Origin: Mobula hypostoma | Lineage: Eukaryota | Reading direction: 5' to 3' | Length of the DNA stretch: 64,000 nt | Assembly (NCBI RefSeq): GCF_963921235.1 | Contig: NC_086106.1 | Location: forward strand, 18,662,001-18,726,000 | Shown: piece by piece, positions 1 to 11,419 of the stretch | Layout: each line of letters starts with the position of its first letter | How positions within the stretch are numbered: position 1 is the first letter of the stretch | The notes under the pieces: generated by a model | Databases searched by the model: none | Told to the model about the DNA's origin: nothing | The model's input: only the letters and a program-made list of their open reading frames with translations | Program-made: the position numbers and the translations under genes

Positions 1-415
1 ACTGCCTGTCATTAATGACCTGTTTGATTTGTGGACCAACAAAATTTTTTTTCTTAATCTTGGCATCATTTATTCTGGGAAGCATCTGTCTCAAATATCA
101 AAATCATTCATAGAAATTTTTGTGCCTGGTGATAGCAAATTCCATCCTTACGGTCCTGAACCCAATAATTATTTCAACCTGTCCTGCCGTGCCACCTAAG
201 CGTGCCCAAGCATGCCCGGACAAGATAGGAATCTTTCTAGCTTACATTGTAGGCAACATTTTAATTGACTTGAATTATGAATTGAAATAATAAACATAAG
301 TTTATTTTAAAAATGGTGCATGGTAGGGAAATTTCATGGTGATTTTCATGATCAGTAGCCCAAAATTCATAAGATACACCTAAAGGTATTCAGGAAGCAA
401 ATTTGTTGTCCAGTG
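1..415 (-). mobile_element. Internally deleted DNA transposon, probably CMC/Chapaev3; left terminus at 415, runs off window start
   Basis: Minus strand starts CACTGGACAACAAATTT. The distal part translates YLRQMLPRINDAKIKKKI/FVGPQIKQVIND, matching the recalled Chapaev3 transposase motif FPxISDAKIKEGIFVGPQIR. Confidence 0.6.
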
Positions 416-539
416 TTATTGCAAGGTAATAATGCATTGCCAGAAAAAGACAACAAGAGATAGCAGGGATTGTATAAACTGTCCTATCAGTGAGATACTA
501 ACTGATGAGTGAAAACCCTGCCCTTCCCCTATCTGTCAC

Positions 540-800
540 TTTCAATGTAGTCTCAGGACCTCTTGGTACAATGAAATCCTCCTGTACACTGTTTCACCCA
601 CACCATCCAGCAGTGTCTTTGTGCCTGACTGTTACCCTGACACCCAAAGACTGTCAGTTACGATTACAGCAGCCAGTTTAACTGAAGGCTCAGTATTTGG
701 AGGTGTTGGAGTTATTATTGCAGGGTAACAAATTATTTGAATCAAAATGGCTTCGGACAAAATTGACATCTGAACTCCAACAGGAAGAATGAAAGCATCA
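540..800 (+). repeat. Fossil RTE RT C-terminal block (block A), paralog copy U0
   Basis: Near-identical motif string ATCCTCCTGTACACTGTTTCACCCACACCATCCAGCAGTGTC...AGCAGCCAGTTTAACTGAAGGCTCA also at 59105-59385 (minus) and five other sites. Confidence 0.7.
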
Positions 801-892
801 CTGAGGGACAAATAACTACACATATTGCAAATAAGAGATAAAAACTCCAGAAATTACAGGACAGGCAGTATCTGTGGAGAGAGGAACAAACT

Positions 893-1268
893 ATTATTGC
901 AAGTCTTTCACACGAATGCTCCGGATGGCTCTTGACATGAGTTGGCACATGATGAACATCAAGCTCTCTGACAATCTACCGATGCTCACCACTAAAATTG
1001 AGGTGAGAAGACTGAAACTAGTGGGGCACTGTCGATGCCACCCCGAGCTACGTGTCAGCCTAGTCATCATATGGGAGCCCAAGCATGGGAGGATGAAACC
1101 TGGGCGCCCTCCCAAGACTATGGTCAACACGCTCCTAGAAGACAGTGGTGCAGCTAATGTAGATGAACTGAATACACTGATGAGGGAGAGGGAGAAGTGG
1201 AGAGTCCATCATTGTGGCTGACACTGGACCCCTAGGCCTGAGTCAATGTAGTAGTAGTAGTAGTAGTA
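893..1268 (+). mobile_element. RTE-clade LINE 3' end with (TAG)n tail
   Basis: ORF 874-1221 RMLRMALDMSW...LKLVGHC...GRMKPGRPPKT is an RTE C-terminus. (GTA)7 tail at 1248-1268; possible TSD TATTGCA. Confidence 0.85.
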
Positions 1269-2330
1269 TTGCAGATAACTCAGTTAGAAAATGAGATTCT
1301 ATTCCTCCAGCTTGCTTTTGGCCTCACCATGGTACTAAATGATGCCAAGACCGGACAGTTTGCTGTGGAAATGGGGAGAGGAATTGAAATGGCTGCAAGT
1401 GGGAGCTATCGATGGCCATTGTGGCTGGAGTGCAGATGTTTGTTAATGTGGTTCCCTAGTCCACACTTGGGTCACCTTGAGAGCACTGAATGCAATAGTC
1501 AACAATGGATGAGGTGCATGGAAATCTGAGCCTCACTGCAAAGACTGTTTAGGTGATTGAATGGTGGTCAGGAGGTGTAGGGAAGGGTGTTACACCATCA
1601 CCAATTGCAGAGGAAATTCCTGGGGAGGGTGAGTTATCAACAAACTAGTGAATCACGGAGAGGGTGGTCCCCGTGGAAAGCAAACAGGTGGGGGGGGGTT
1701 TAGAAGATGTGGGATTGCGAAGAATGAATTGCTGAATGTGAAGGCTGGTGGGATGAAATGTGAGAAAATTCTCTCCCTGTTCTGTCTGAGGGAGATGGAT
1801 TCAGTGCAGAATTGTTGGAAATGGAGGAGATGTGGGTCAGGTCTCTATCAACCACAGCATGAGAGCACTGAAACTTGCTGCTCTTTCCGAAAAGACGACG
1901 TTTCAGATGTCCTGTATAGAAGGCCATTTCTCAATTACAGATGCCGCAGAGATGGAGAAACTGAGAGAAAGGAACGGCAGCCCTACATAAAAGAATTTGA
2001 TAGGAAGTGTTGCCCTGGTATTATGGGAATTAGTGGGTTTGTAGCAATTGTTAGTGGACCAAGAAAGGGGAAGTTGGTGTCGAAAATGGTCCAAATGAAT
2101 CTGAGATTTTTGAGGGAAATGGGTAATCAACATTTTGGATGAAGGCTCTTCACCTTAACTGAAAGTGTAGAACAGAGATCACCAGTATAAAGAGGTGAGA
2201 GTGGGCTGGGACAAGAGCTAGTTATCTTTGTATCTTTTTTAGTGAAGTGAGGTCCCAGATGTCTGCAAAATTGCTAATGATTTTCTTTGTATAAGGACAC
2301 TTGGGATTATTCAGCAAGGTAAAGATCAGT
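1269..2330 (-). mobile_element. Penelope-like element remnants (RT thumb and GIY-YIG)
   Basis: Reverse strand gives degenerate LRFIWTIFDT...RTSETSSF and GIY-YIG-region sequence; 1269-1640 mirrors 58290-58660. Confidence 0.75.
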
Positions 2331-2394
2331 GAGACTCACATCAAATGGAGGGAAATGATGGGAGAAGATTCTTAGGGATTAGATTCACTCACTT

Positions 2395-2640
2395 TTAGTG
2401 AGTATGGACATATGAGGGACCGTCAGCCTGGCTTTGTGCATCGGAATTCCTGCCTTATGAACAACTGAGATTTTTTTGGGAAGTGATGAAGCTGATTGAT
2501 GATGACAGGGAAATGGATGTTGTCTACATGGGCTTTAGAAAAGGATTCAATATGGTCACTCATGCTTGACTTATCCAGAAGATTCAGACATTTGGGACAC
2601 ATGGAAACATGGGAATTTGGATTTAAAATTGACTTAAAAC
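2395..2640 (+). mobile_element. CR1 RT fragment
   Basis: Degenerate MDVVYMGFRKGFNMVTH, corresponding to DVVYMDFSKAFDKVPH. Confidence 0.7.
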
Positions 2641-2994
2641 AAACAGCTAGAGAAACTGAGCAGGCTTGACAGCACCGCTGGTGGTGGGGGGATAAGGACA
2701 GTTGATGTTGCAGGTAAAAACCCTGTAGCTGGGATACAAGAGTAGAGGGCAGATAGAGCAAGAGCTGGTTAGAGATAGGTGAATCCAACTGAGGACTGGT
2801 GTAAGGCTGGTACAGCCAACAGCAGGCTGTTGGTGATGAAATCTGCTAGGAGTAGAAGATAGAGCCATGTTAGGGAGGTGAGTAGGCAGATGAGAACAAC
2901 GGGGGTAGGAAACTCAGTAGCAGAAGTGTGTGAGTGATGGGCAGGTGGAGAAAGAAACAGCACAGTCAAGAGTTAGTGGTGGAGTCACTGGTTG

Positions 2995-3535
2995 GATGAG
3001 TGTAGGAGGAACTGGGTACGGCAGTTTGACAGGCTGAATCACTGTTTGATATGGGAGGGCTATTGCACAGGACCGAAAGAAGCTGCAGAGGGTTGTCAAT
3101 CTAGTCAGCTCCATCTTGGGTATTAGCCTACAAAGTACCCAGAACATCTTCAGGGAGCGGTGTCTCAGAAAGGCAGCATCCATTACTAAGGACATCCAGC
3201 ACCCAGGGCATGCCTTTTTCTCACTGTTACCATCAGGTAGGAGGTACAGAAGCCTGAAGGCACACACTCAGCAATTCAGGAACAGCTTATTCCCCTCTGC
3301 CATCTGATTCCTAAATGGACATTGAACCCTTGGATACTACCTCACTTTTTTTAAAAATACAATATTTCTGAATTTTGCACATCTTTTAATCTATTCAATG
3401 TACATATACTGCTATTTATTTATTTTTTTAATTTTATTTTGTTTACTTTTCTTCTATATTATGTATTGCATTGAACTGCTGCTGCTAAATTAACAGATTT
3501 CATGTCACATGCCTGTAATAATAAACCTGATTCTG
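2995..3535 (+). mobile_element. Rex1/Babar LINE 3' end
   Basis: QDRKKLQRVV...RERCLRKAASITKDIQHPGHAFFSLLPSGRRYRSL, then a tail ending in AATAAACCTGATTCTGA. Confidence 0.85.
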
Positions 3536-3539
3536 AATA

Positions 3540-3950
3540 GGAGGACGTGGATAGAGATGAAAAGGCTGTATTAACTGAAATTTGAGAATTCAGTATTTAT
3601 GCTGTTGTTTTGTAGACCACCCAGGCAGAATATGAGCATATTATGCCTCTACTTTGCATTTGGTCTTACTTTGGGAGTGGTGGAGGCCAAGGACAGACAC
3701 GTTAGAATGTGGAGGGAAACTAAAAAGGCAAGGGGGAGCTCTCTGATACACAGATGCTCAGCAAAGCAGTCAGTGAGTTTGAGCCTGGTCTCATGGACTT
3801 GGAGACTATGTTTGGTCTCATCTTGTCTCTACAATTCAGCTTCTTTTTTCTGTCCATGCTTGGAACAGAGCCCTCAAGAGAACAGGCACAGAGTGGTCCA
3901 GAGAAAACTGAAGCTGAATATCAGTCAGCAGGTTATTTATGAGCAAGTCC
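3540..3950 (-). mobile_element. Penelope GIY-YIG fragments
   Basis: Reverse complement resembles the IGETKRRLGDRFAEHL-type region seen in the other PLE copies. Confidence 0.6.
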
Positions 3951-5169
3951 TATCTTAGAGCACCACAGGTGACAGCTTCCATTGCCTTTCCGATGATTGA
4001 CAGTCAGCTGATCATGCCACAGTGGGAAGAACAAGGATGTGGCAAATTTTCTAGCTATGCATCTCTCTTTTATTACCCAATTCTGCATATATTTTATCTC
4101 CCTCACTCTCTCCCTTCGCATATATGATTAATCTTCCTCTATAAGCTACCTCTAAAATCTTTGCACTAACATGCCAATTGGTGTCTAATATTGCTGACTA
4201 AATGAAGTGACATGAAACAGTTTTCAATAATGGGACTGCAAATTCAAGTCACCTGTCGCTCACCATTTCTCTGTGTTTTATCAGCTGATTTCAATCTTGG
4301 TAAAGGATGTGTGTTTTATGGAACAGCTTTTCAGAGGTGGAAGAAACAGAGACACGGAACGATTCTGGGAGAAGACTCCAGTGCTGACAGCATAAAAGGT
4401 TGAAACTATGGCTGCAGTGGAGGGTGCAGGAGATGCAGGAATGGGCAAAGGATCTGAGTTGAGGAGAACAGTTGCAGTAAAAAGACAACTTGCACTTTTG
4501 TAGCATCTTTGTCAATCTCAGGACTCTGACAGTCAAACATAGTCTTCTTCCTGAAATCTCTTGCAGGATCAGAGCAAGAAGTATTAACACTTTCCCCTCC
4601 ATGAATGGCAGAGTGGACTTGGTAGATTATAACAATTCAGCAGTTTCACACAATCTTTCCCTCAATTTATGGTATTTGAATTCTGGGTTATTTTAATGTT
4701 CTGAAGCAAATTATCTTTGGTCAGGGTGAGTTTTTAATCTGTTTCTCTGGATCACTTCCCCACCCTCTGTATTACTGGTGTAAGGTCAGATCTATAGTGC
4801 CTCAAGAAATTTCATTCACAGCAATTTCAAATTAACTGGAAAAACATCCAACAGTGAACTGTTATTTTCAGTCTAATGAACTCAGAGGCACCATGTACAA
4901 AGCTACCTACTGGTGAGGGGTTAACGTACGCACGTTGAAGGATCGGTCCAGGTACACTGTGAAAGTAGACAGTCCCCTAACAAGTTTCACAGAATACCCT
5001 CACTTGACCTGATGGAGAGTGTCCTGAAGAGGAAGTCCAAGAACACCAAAGCTCTCAGGGAATGGAGGAATATAACCTGCTTGCAATCCTGACAAATCAA
5101 TAAGCAACACACACAAAATGCTGGAGGAACTCAACAGGTCAGGTCCATTGATGCTGCCAGGTACTCACT

Positions 5170-5600
5170 ACTCTCAGTGTAAAGTTAACTCTCAGATCTC
5201 TTTTTAATCTCTGCCCTCTTATATTCTATTAGCACCCTCCGTGTTGGACTCCCAACCCTGAGGAAACGCCTATGACCATCCACCATTCTGTACCCCTCAT
5301 GATTTTACAAACTTCTGAGGTCACCCCACACTCCCCTCTGCTCCAGATAATAAAGAAGCAGCATGGCTTACCTCATCCTATAACTCAGACCCTCCAGTCC
5401 AGACAACATCCTTGTACATCTCTTCTGTACCATTTCCAGCTCGTCAATGTCTTTCCTATATCAGAGTGACCAAAACTGTACACAATACTCCAAGTGTGAC
5501 CTCATCAACAATTTACATAACCACCGCATAATCTCCCCACTCCTGAACGATGAACACCAGCATGATAAATGCCTTTGGCACCACCCTGTCATCTCCTCAC
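5170..5600 (-). mobile_element. CR1 3' remnant
   Basis: Reverse strand reads RSHLEYCVQFWS. Confidence 0.8.
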
Positions 5601-5614
5601 AAACTCCATCAGCA

Positions 5615-6590
5615 CAGTTGCACCACAAAGCTGTGTTCTTAGCCCCCTGCTCTACTCGCTTTATACTCATGACTGTGAAGATTAACACAGCTCTAATATC
5701 ATATTGAAGTCTGCTGAATCTAATGAGGTCACAAATCAGCATACAGGAGGGAGATTGAAAATCTGGCTGAGTGGTTCCACAACAAAAACGTCTCATTCAA
5801 TGTCAGCAAGACCAAGGAGATGACTGTTGACTTAAAGAGGACAAAACTGAAGGTCCATGAGGCAGTCCTCATCGGGGTGATCAGACTTGGAGAGTGTCAG
5901 CAACTTCAAATTCCTGATTGTCTTTTCAGAGGATCTGCTCTGGGTCCAGCATGCAAGCACCATAATGAAGAAGTCTGCAAAGATTCTGCATGTCATCTAA
6001 AACTTTGATAAACTTCTTTAGAAGTGTGGTAAAGAGCATACTGACTGGTTGCTTCATGGCCTGGTATGGGACCACCAAAGCCCTTTAATGGAAAAGCTCA
6101 CGAAACGTGGTGGACATGGCTCACACCATTATGGCTAAAGCCCTCTCTAGCATTGAGCACAATTACAAGGAGCACTGTCGCATGAAAGAAGATCCATTAT
6201 CAAGGACCCAGGCCATACTCTTTTGTCAGGGGTACAGGAGCCTCAGGATCCACACCACTAGATTCAAGAAAAGTTATTACTCCTCAACTATCAGGCTCCA
6301 GTTCAGACGGGATAACTACTTTCAACTTCACTTGCCCCATCTCTGAACTGATCCCACAAGCTATGTCAATTTCAAGGACTATCTCGTGTTCTCAATATTT
6401 TTTGCGTATTTATTGATATTATCAGTTCTTTTCTTTTTCTTTCTGTATTTGCACAGTTTCTTGTCTTTTTCACATTGGTTGTTGTCTGTCCTGTTGGGAG
6501 CAGTCTTTCCCGCAAGAAAATGAATCTCAGGTTTGTATATTGTGACATGCACTGTATGTACTTTGATAATAAAGTTACTTTCAACTTTGA
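5615..6590 (+). mobile_element. Rex1/Babar RT 3' half
   Basis: CVLSPLLYSLYTHDC and TKEMTVDL motifs; tail ends at AATAAAGTTACTTT. Confidence 0.85.
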
Positions 6591-6599
6591 ACTTGTGCA

Positions 6600-8360
6600 G
6601 CTGATTTCAGTCCAAACTGCATCACCTCACTTGGATCTAATTTACTATTCCTTAGCCCTTCTCTCTAGTGGATCAAGATCATTTTGCAAATCAATGTAAC
6701 CTACTTCACTATCAACAAGATCCCTCATTTAGTATCATTAGCAACTTGCTAATTGTACATTGTACACTCATGTTCCAAATAATTAATACAAATGAATAAC
6801 AGAGGTACCAACGTTAACTACTGGTGACCACTAGTCACAGTCCTCCGGACAGAGGTTCAACCTTCAACCATTACCCTCTGCTTCCTCTCATCATTAAACA
6901 CACAGGTGGTCATGATGGTCATTCAAAGGACACAGTGTCTCCATAGTCAACCTTACACTGTTAAAGTAGCTGAAGAACTTGGTATGAACCATCTATCTCA
7001 TACCTTCTTTTTGCCCTCCTGATTTCCCTCTTAAGCCTGGTCTCAAACCTTTTACTATTTGTCAAGGGATCCATTCACAGCCAGCTGCCTAAGTGCTTTG
7101 TACACTTCTTTCTTTTTCTTTACCAGTGTCTTGATATCCTTTATCAGCCAGGTTTTCCTGAACTGGGTGTGTCTAACAGGAACAGGAACACTAACAGGAA
7201 CATACTGCCCCCTGGACTCCTGATATCACCCTTTTAAATATCTCCCACTTGCCAACTATTTCTTTTTCTTTAAATAGAGTCACTCAGTCAAGTCCAGCTA
7301 GATCCTGCCTAATCCCTTCAGCTGGTCCTGCTCCAGTAAAGGACATTACCATGTGGGATGATTTTATAGAAAAATCATAGATCCTGTGGTTCACTCTGTT
7401 TTTCCATTACTAATTTAAAACTAATAGAATTGTGGTCACCAGACTCCCCAACTTACACTTCAGTTACTTGGCCCATCTTTTGCCTAAAAAGTGGTTCAGT
7501 ATTACTCCTTCCCAAATAGTTTCTTTTATACAACGTGTGAGGGAACTGTCTTGGACACCTCACACAAATTCTCCCCATCCAGGCCCTTTGCACTCTGGGT
7601 GGCCCAGGTGACACCAGGAAATTTGATACTTCCTTTAAGCACTTCTCTACTACTCTCACAACTATGTGCAATTTCTCTACACGTCTGCTCCTCAAGTTCC
7701 CGCTGACTACTGGGGGTTCTGTAATAAAGCCCAACAAAAGTAACCATTCCTTTCTACTCATAAGATCATCCCTCAAGAATGTCCTCTCTAGCACTGCTGT
7801 TATGTCCTCTCTTATCACATTCTCCGGCCTTATCTGTTCCTCTGTCATGCCTAAAGCATCAGTATCCTTGAACAATGTGCTGCCCTTCTCTCAGCCATGT
7901 TTCTGTTACAGCCACAGTATCCCAGTTACTAAAAGCAATCCATGCTCCCATTTGATCCGTCTTACCTGTTAAGTGTATGGAAATAGATACAATTTAAAAC
8001 AGTGATCTTATCAGCCACTTCTCTGTAAAATGGGTATCCTGATGGCGGGGTGAACTCTCTTTCATCGCTGAATATAGCCCTGTAGTCTCACTGACTCCAC
8101 TCTCTTGTGTCCCATGCCCCTGCCAATCTAATTTAAACCCTACCTTGTAGGAAGAAACAGAGTTTTTGCTATGATATTGTTAACTCTCTGGTTCTTGTGC
8201 AAACCTGTCTATCTTGTACAGGTTACCTCTACACCAAAAGAGATTGCAATTATCCAAAATCCCAGATCCCTACTCCCTGCACCAGTTCTTTAGCCATACA
8301 TTAATCTGGTCCATTTTCCTATTACTAGACTAACCAGTACACAACACCCTCAAGGTCTTG
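6600..8360 (-). mobile_element. Degenerate CR1 (ORF1 esterase, endonuclease, RT pieces)
   Basis: ORF 7526-7747 VGLYYRTPSSQRELEEQ...TWATQSAKGLDG is CR1 endonuclease. Confidence 0.8.
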
Positions 8361-8688
8361 CAATTTAACTTATTATGTAACTCCCTATTCTCAATTTGCA
8401 GGAACTCATCTATTTTCCTATCAATGTCTTTCCCCACAAAGTGCACAATGATCTTTAGCTGTTCACCCAACCCCTCAGGATGTTTCTACAGCCGCTCAGG
8501 AACGTCCTTCACCCTGGCATACAGAAAACAACACACCATCCTGGCATCTTTTCTGCAGACAGAGTATCTCCTGTCTTCAAAAGTTCAAAGTAAATTCATT
8601 ATCAAAGTACATATATGTCACCATATACGACCCTGAGATTCATTTTCTTGAGCAATTCACAGTAATAACAAAACACAACTCTATTAAT

Positions 8689-9544
8689 TGTTACATACCT
8701 CATGGAGATCTTGTGACTTTCTTGTGGGAATGATGTAATGGTCTTTTGGAGGTCACCTGATGTAATTTTCCCACTGATGTGAGGTCACGTGATGACATGT
8801 TCACCACGGCTATAAAAGGAAAGATCTCTGATGACGCAGTTAGTTTTTCCAGTTAGAACGTCAATGAGATACTCAGCTCCGCTGTGTATTTGCATTATGA
8901 CGCAGCTTTGATTTTAAACGGAGTTTTATGTTCCATTGTAAGGTATAGAAGTCTGAACCAGCAGTTTGATCAATCGCTGCCAGGTTTGTTAATGTATCTT
9001 TTCAGTAACATTGGACAGTGAAGACAGGACCCTGAAGGAGACGTTCGACGGGTTTGGAAAGGATCGACCATTATTGAATTCGTTCAAGAAAGAGTGATCT
9101 GCATGAGATAGACTCTGCTAAAAAGGAAGCAAAAAAGGCTGTGCAGGATCTATTCTATGGAGGAAGGTTTGTGCCTTTAAAACCATTTTATTTCTGTCGT
9201 CGTGAATCCTGTGGACGAGGCAGGATCCGACTGGGAGTGGCAGTGACATCGTGTCTTCGAGGACTTCGTTACTTCATGAAAGTCTCTCCTAATTGACTAT
9301 ATAAATCTCTTGGACTTTAAAATTTACCATTCGAAGAACTGTGTTTGAATTTACCGCTTTAAGAACTGGTTTTGCATTTATTGCTTTAAGAACTGGTACT
9401 GAGTAGCGGTTTACTGAATGGCAGCATAGCCATTTACTTCCAGTTAGGGTTTTCGTTTTTTTTCATTGTTTATCAGGGTTTAATAAATGCTTGTTTGTTT
9501 ATAAATCCTGACTCGATATAGTCATTGTTGCTGATCACGTGACA
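8689..9544 (+). mobile_element. Solo LTR (Gypsy-like, 4-bp TSD)
   Basis: TGTTAC...GTGACA termini; flanks TAAT/CAAT; TATAAAA near 8811; AATAAA near 9482; interrupts a LINE-tail repeat that resumes after it. Confidence 0.75.
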
Positions 9545-9899
9545 CAATGGAAAAAATGCACACAAGACAGACAAACAATTAACATGCAAAAGACAACAAA
9601 CCGTGCAAGCACAAAAAAAGCAAACAAAATAAACAATAATATCAAGAACATCAGTCTCTGAGAGTGAGGCCATAGGATGCAGGAACAGTTCATGTCCTAC
9701 TCCTAATCCATATATCAAGCAATCAGAACCTCCACCAATACCACTCTCCTGAGTCCTTCCTGCACTACATCCACTCTCCAGTGCCCTACCCACACTTCAC
9801 CCACCATCCAGTCCTAACGTGCACACCGCACAGACATTGACACAATCACAATTAAGATGGTCATCCCATCAATGTCCCACCTTTTATTCCAGCAGAGCA

Positions 9900-11100
9900 T
9901 GACCCTATCTACCCATCTGAGTGTCAGAAACCAGTCTATCAGAGCCCAAAGCCTGTCCCAGTGACACACACACAATACAGTCATAACCAATCTAATGTCA
10001 ATTTCAGCATTAAACCAGATTCACATCCTTCTTCACACGATGAAAGGATTCCATTACATTCTGTTTTTCTGGGTCCTCTGTATTTGATCTGATGGTACCT
10101 TCATATCATTGATTACAAGGTGACCTTCTTTTCTCTAAATCATGGTTTCTCCTCCACCATAGTTGGCCAAACTCTCAACCATGTCTTTTCCACTTACAGC
10201 ACTCCAACTCTCACTCCATTATCACCTCCCACTCATCAGCAGGTCCACAAACGCCCACAATTCATTAATTATTCTCTGTCATTTCCACTACCTCCCAGGT
10301 CATATCATAGACAAATCTTCCCTCCCCTTCCATGAAACAATCGATCAAGATTATTTCCTCCCCAGCTGCTCAATTCACTCTTCTGCATAACACTTGCTGT
10401 CCTCACAACCTTTGGAGATCAAACAACTGCATTTTTAACTTGTTCCATCCCAGCTCCCAGAGATGTAAATGCTCCTTTTAGCTGAGACAGTGCTTCATTT
10501 GCACATTTCTGAATTATTGTAGTTGATCCCCTGCGCATGATGTGGATTCCTCTACACTGGGAAACCACAAACCCAGTGACTGATTTCAAGAATTCTTCAT
10601 TCTGACAGATTCCACTTTGTTCTCACGTGAATTCAATGCCCCACTCTGATCATCCTCACTTTGACAACTCAAGGTGAAGCTTGAGGAACGACATCATATC
10701 TCCCAATTAAGCACATTACAGACCCTGGGTCTGAGAGATGACATCACAATCTCAGATTACCAGCCATTCCAGTTTGCAACAGAACTGTCCAGCTCTGATG
10801 TAGAACATCCACCAAAAACCCATTTTCTTTATCGCCACAGATGCTGTCCGACCTACCCTTTTCACTCCTATCGCCCTTTTCCATGCCCAGCCGTGCTCTG
10901 GCCATTGGCTATTTCATGCAGCACCACTCCCATCATGTGCTCTCTGACCTGCCCATCCAGCTCAGATTACTCATATACGCTCTGTGCCTGCACCATATTC
11001 CTCCACCCACAAATACTGCTCAGACCGCTGAGTTTATCCAGCAGACTGCTTGTTGCCCCAGATTCCAGCATCTGCAGTCTCCCGTGTCTCCTGCTCACCC
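9900..11100 (+). mobile_element. Penelope-like remnants and terminal tail
   Basis: KLEERHHISQLSTLQTLGL (GIY-YIG C-terminus) and tail CCAGATTCCAGCATCTGCAGTCTC; 10900-11100 mirrors 63780-64000. Confidence 0.75.
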
Positions 11101-11419
11101 TTATGTTGAGTGATTCCTCTTTTCCTGTAATTGACGGAGTCTGTGTTGGAGGGAACAGTTAATTTTTGATGGACTGTACGGTGTAGACCATGATCTCTCT
11201 TTGGAGGCTTTGCTTTTGTTTGTATGGTGGGTAGTGGGAATGCTGATGCTTAATGCATCAGTGGGATGAGGGAGAGGGGATGGTTGATGTTGCTTGTGCG
11301 TGAGGGAGGCAGGGGAGCTTTGGGGTTCTTATACTTTTTTCTGTCATTCGTTGTTTGGGTGGGTTCTTCTGCAGAGTGTACATTGTATACATTCTCAAAT
11401 ATAAAATGGAACCGTTTTT

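Noticed and set aside
4700-4730. IIFGQG followed by GTGAGT as a J segment
   Set aside because: The donor falls directly after FGQ-G with no T-x-L-x-V strand, and there is no upstream RSS.
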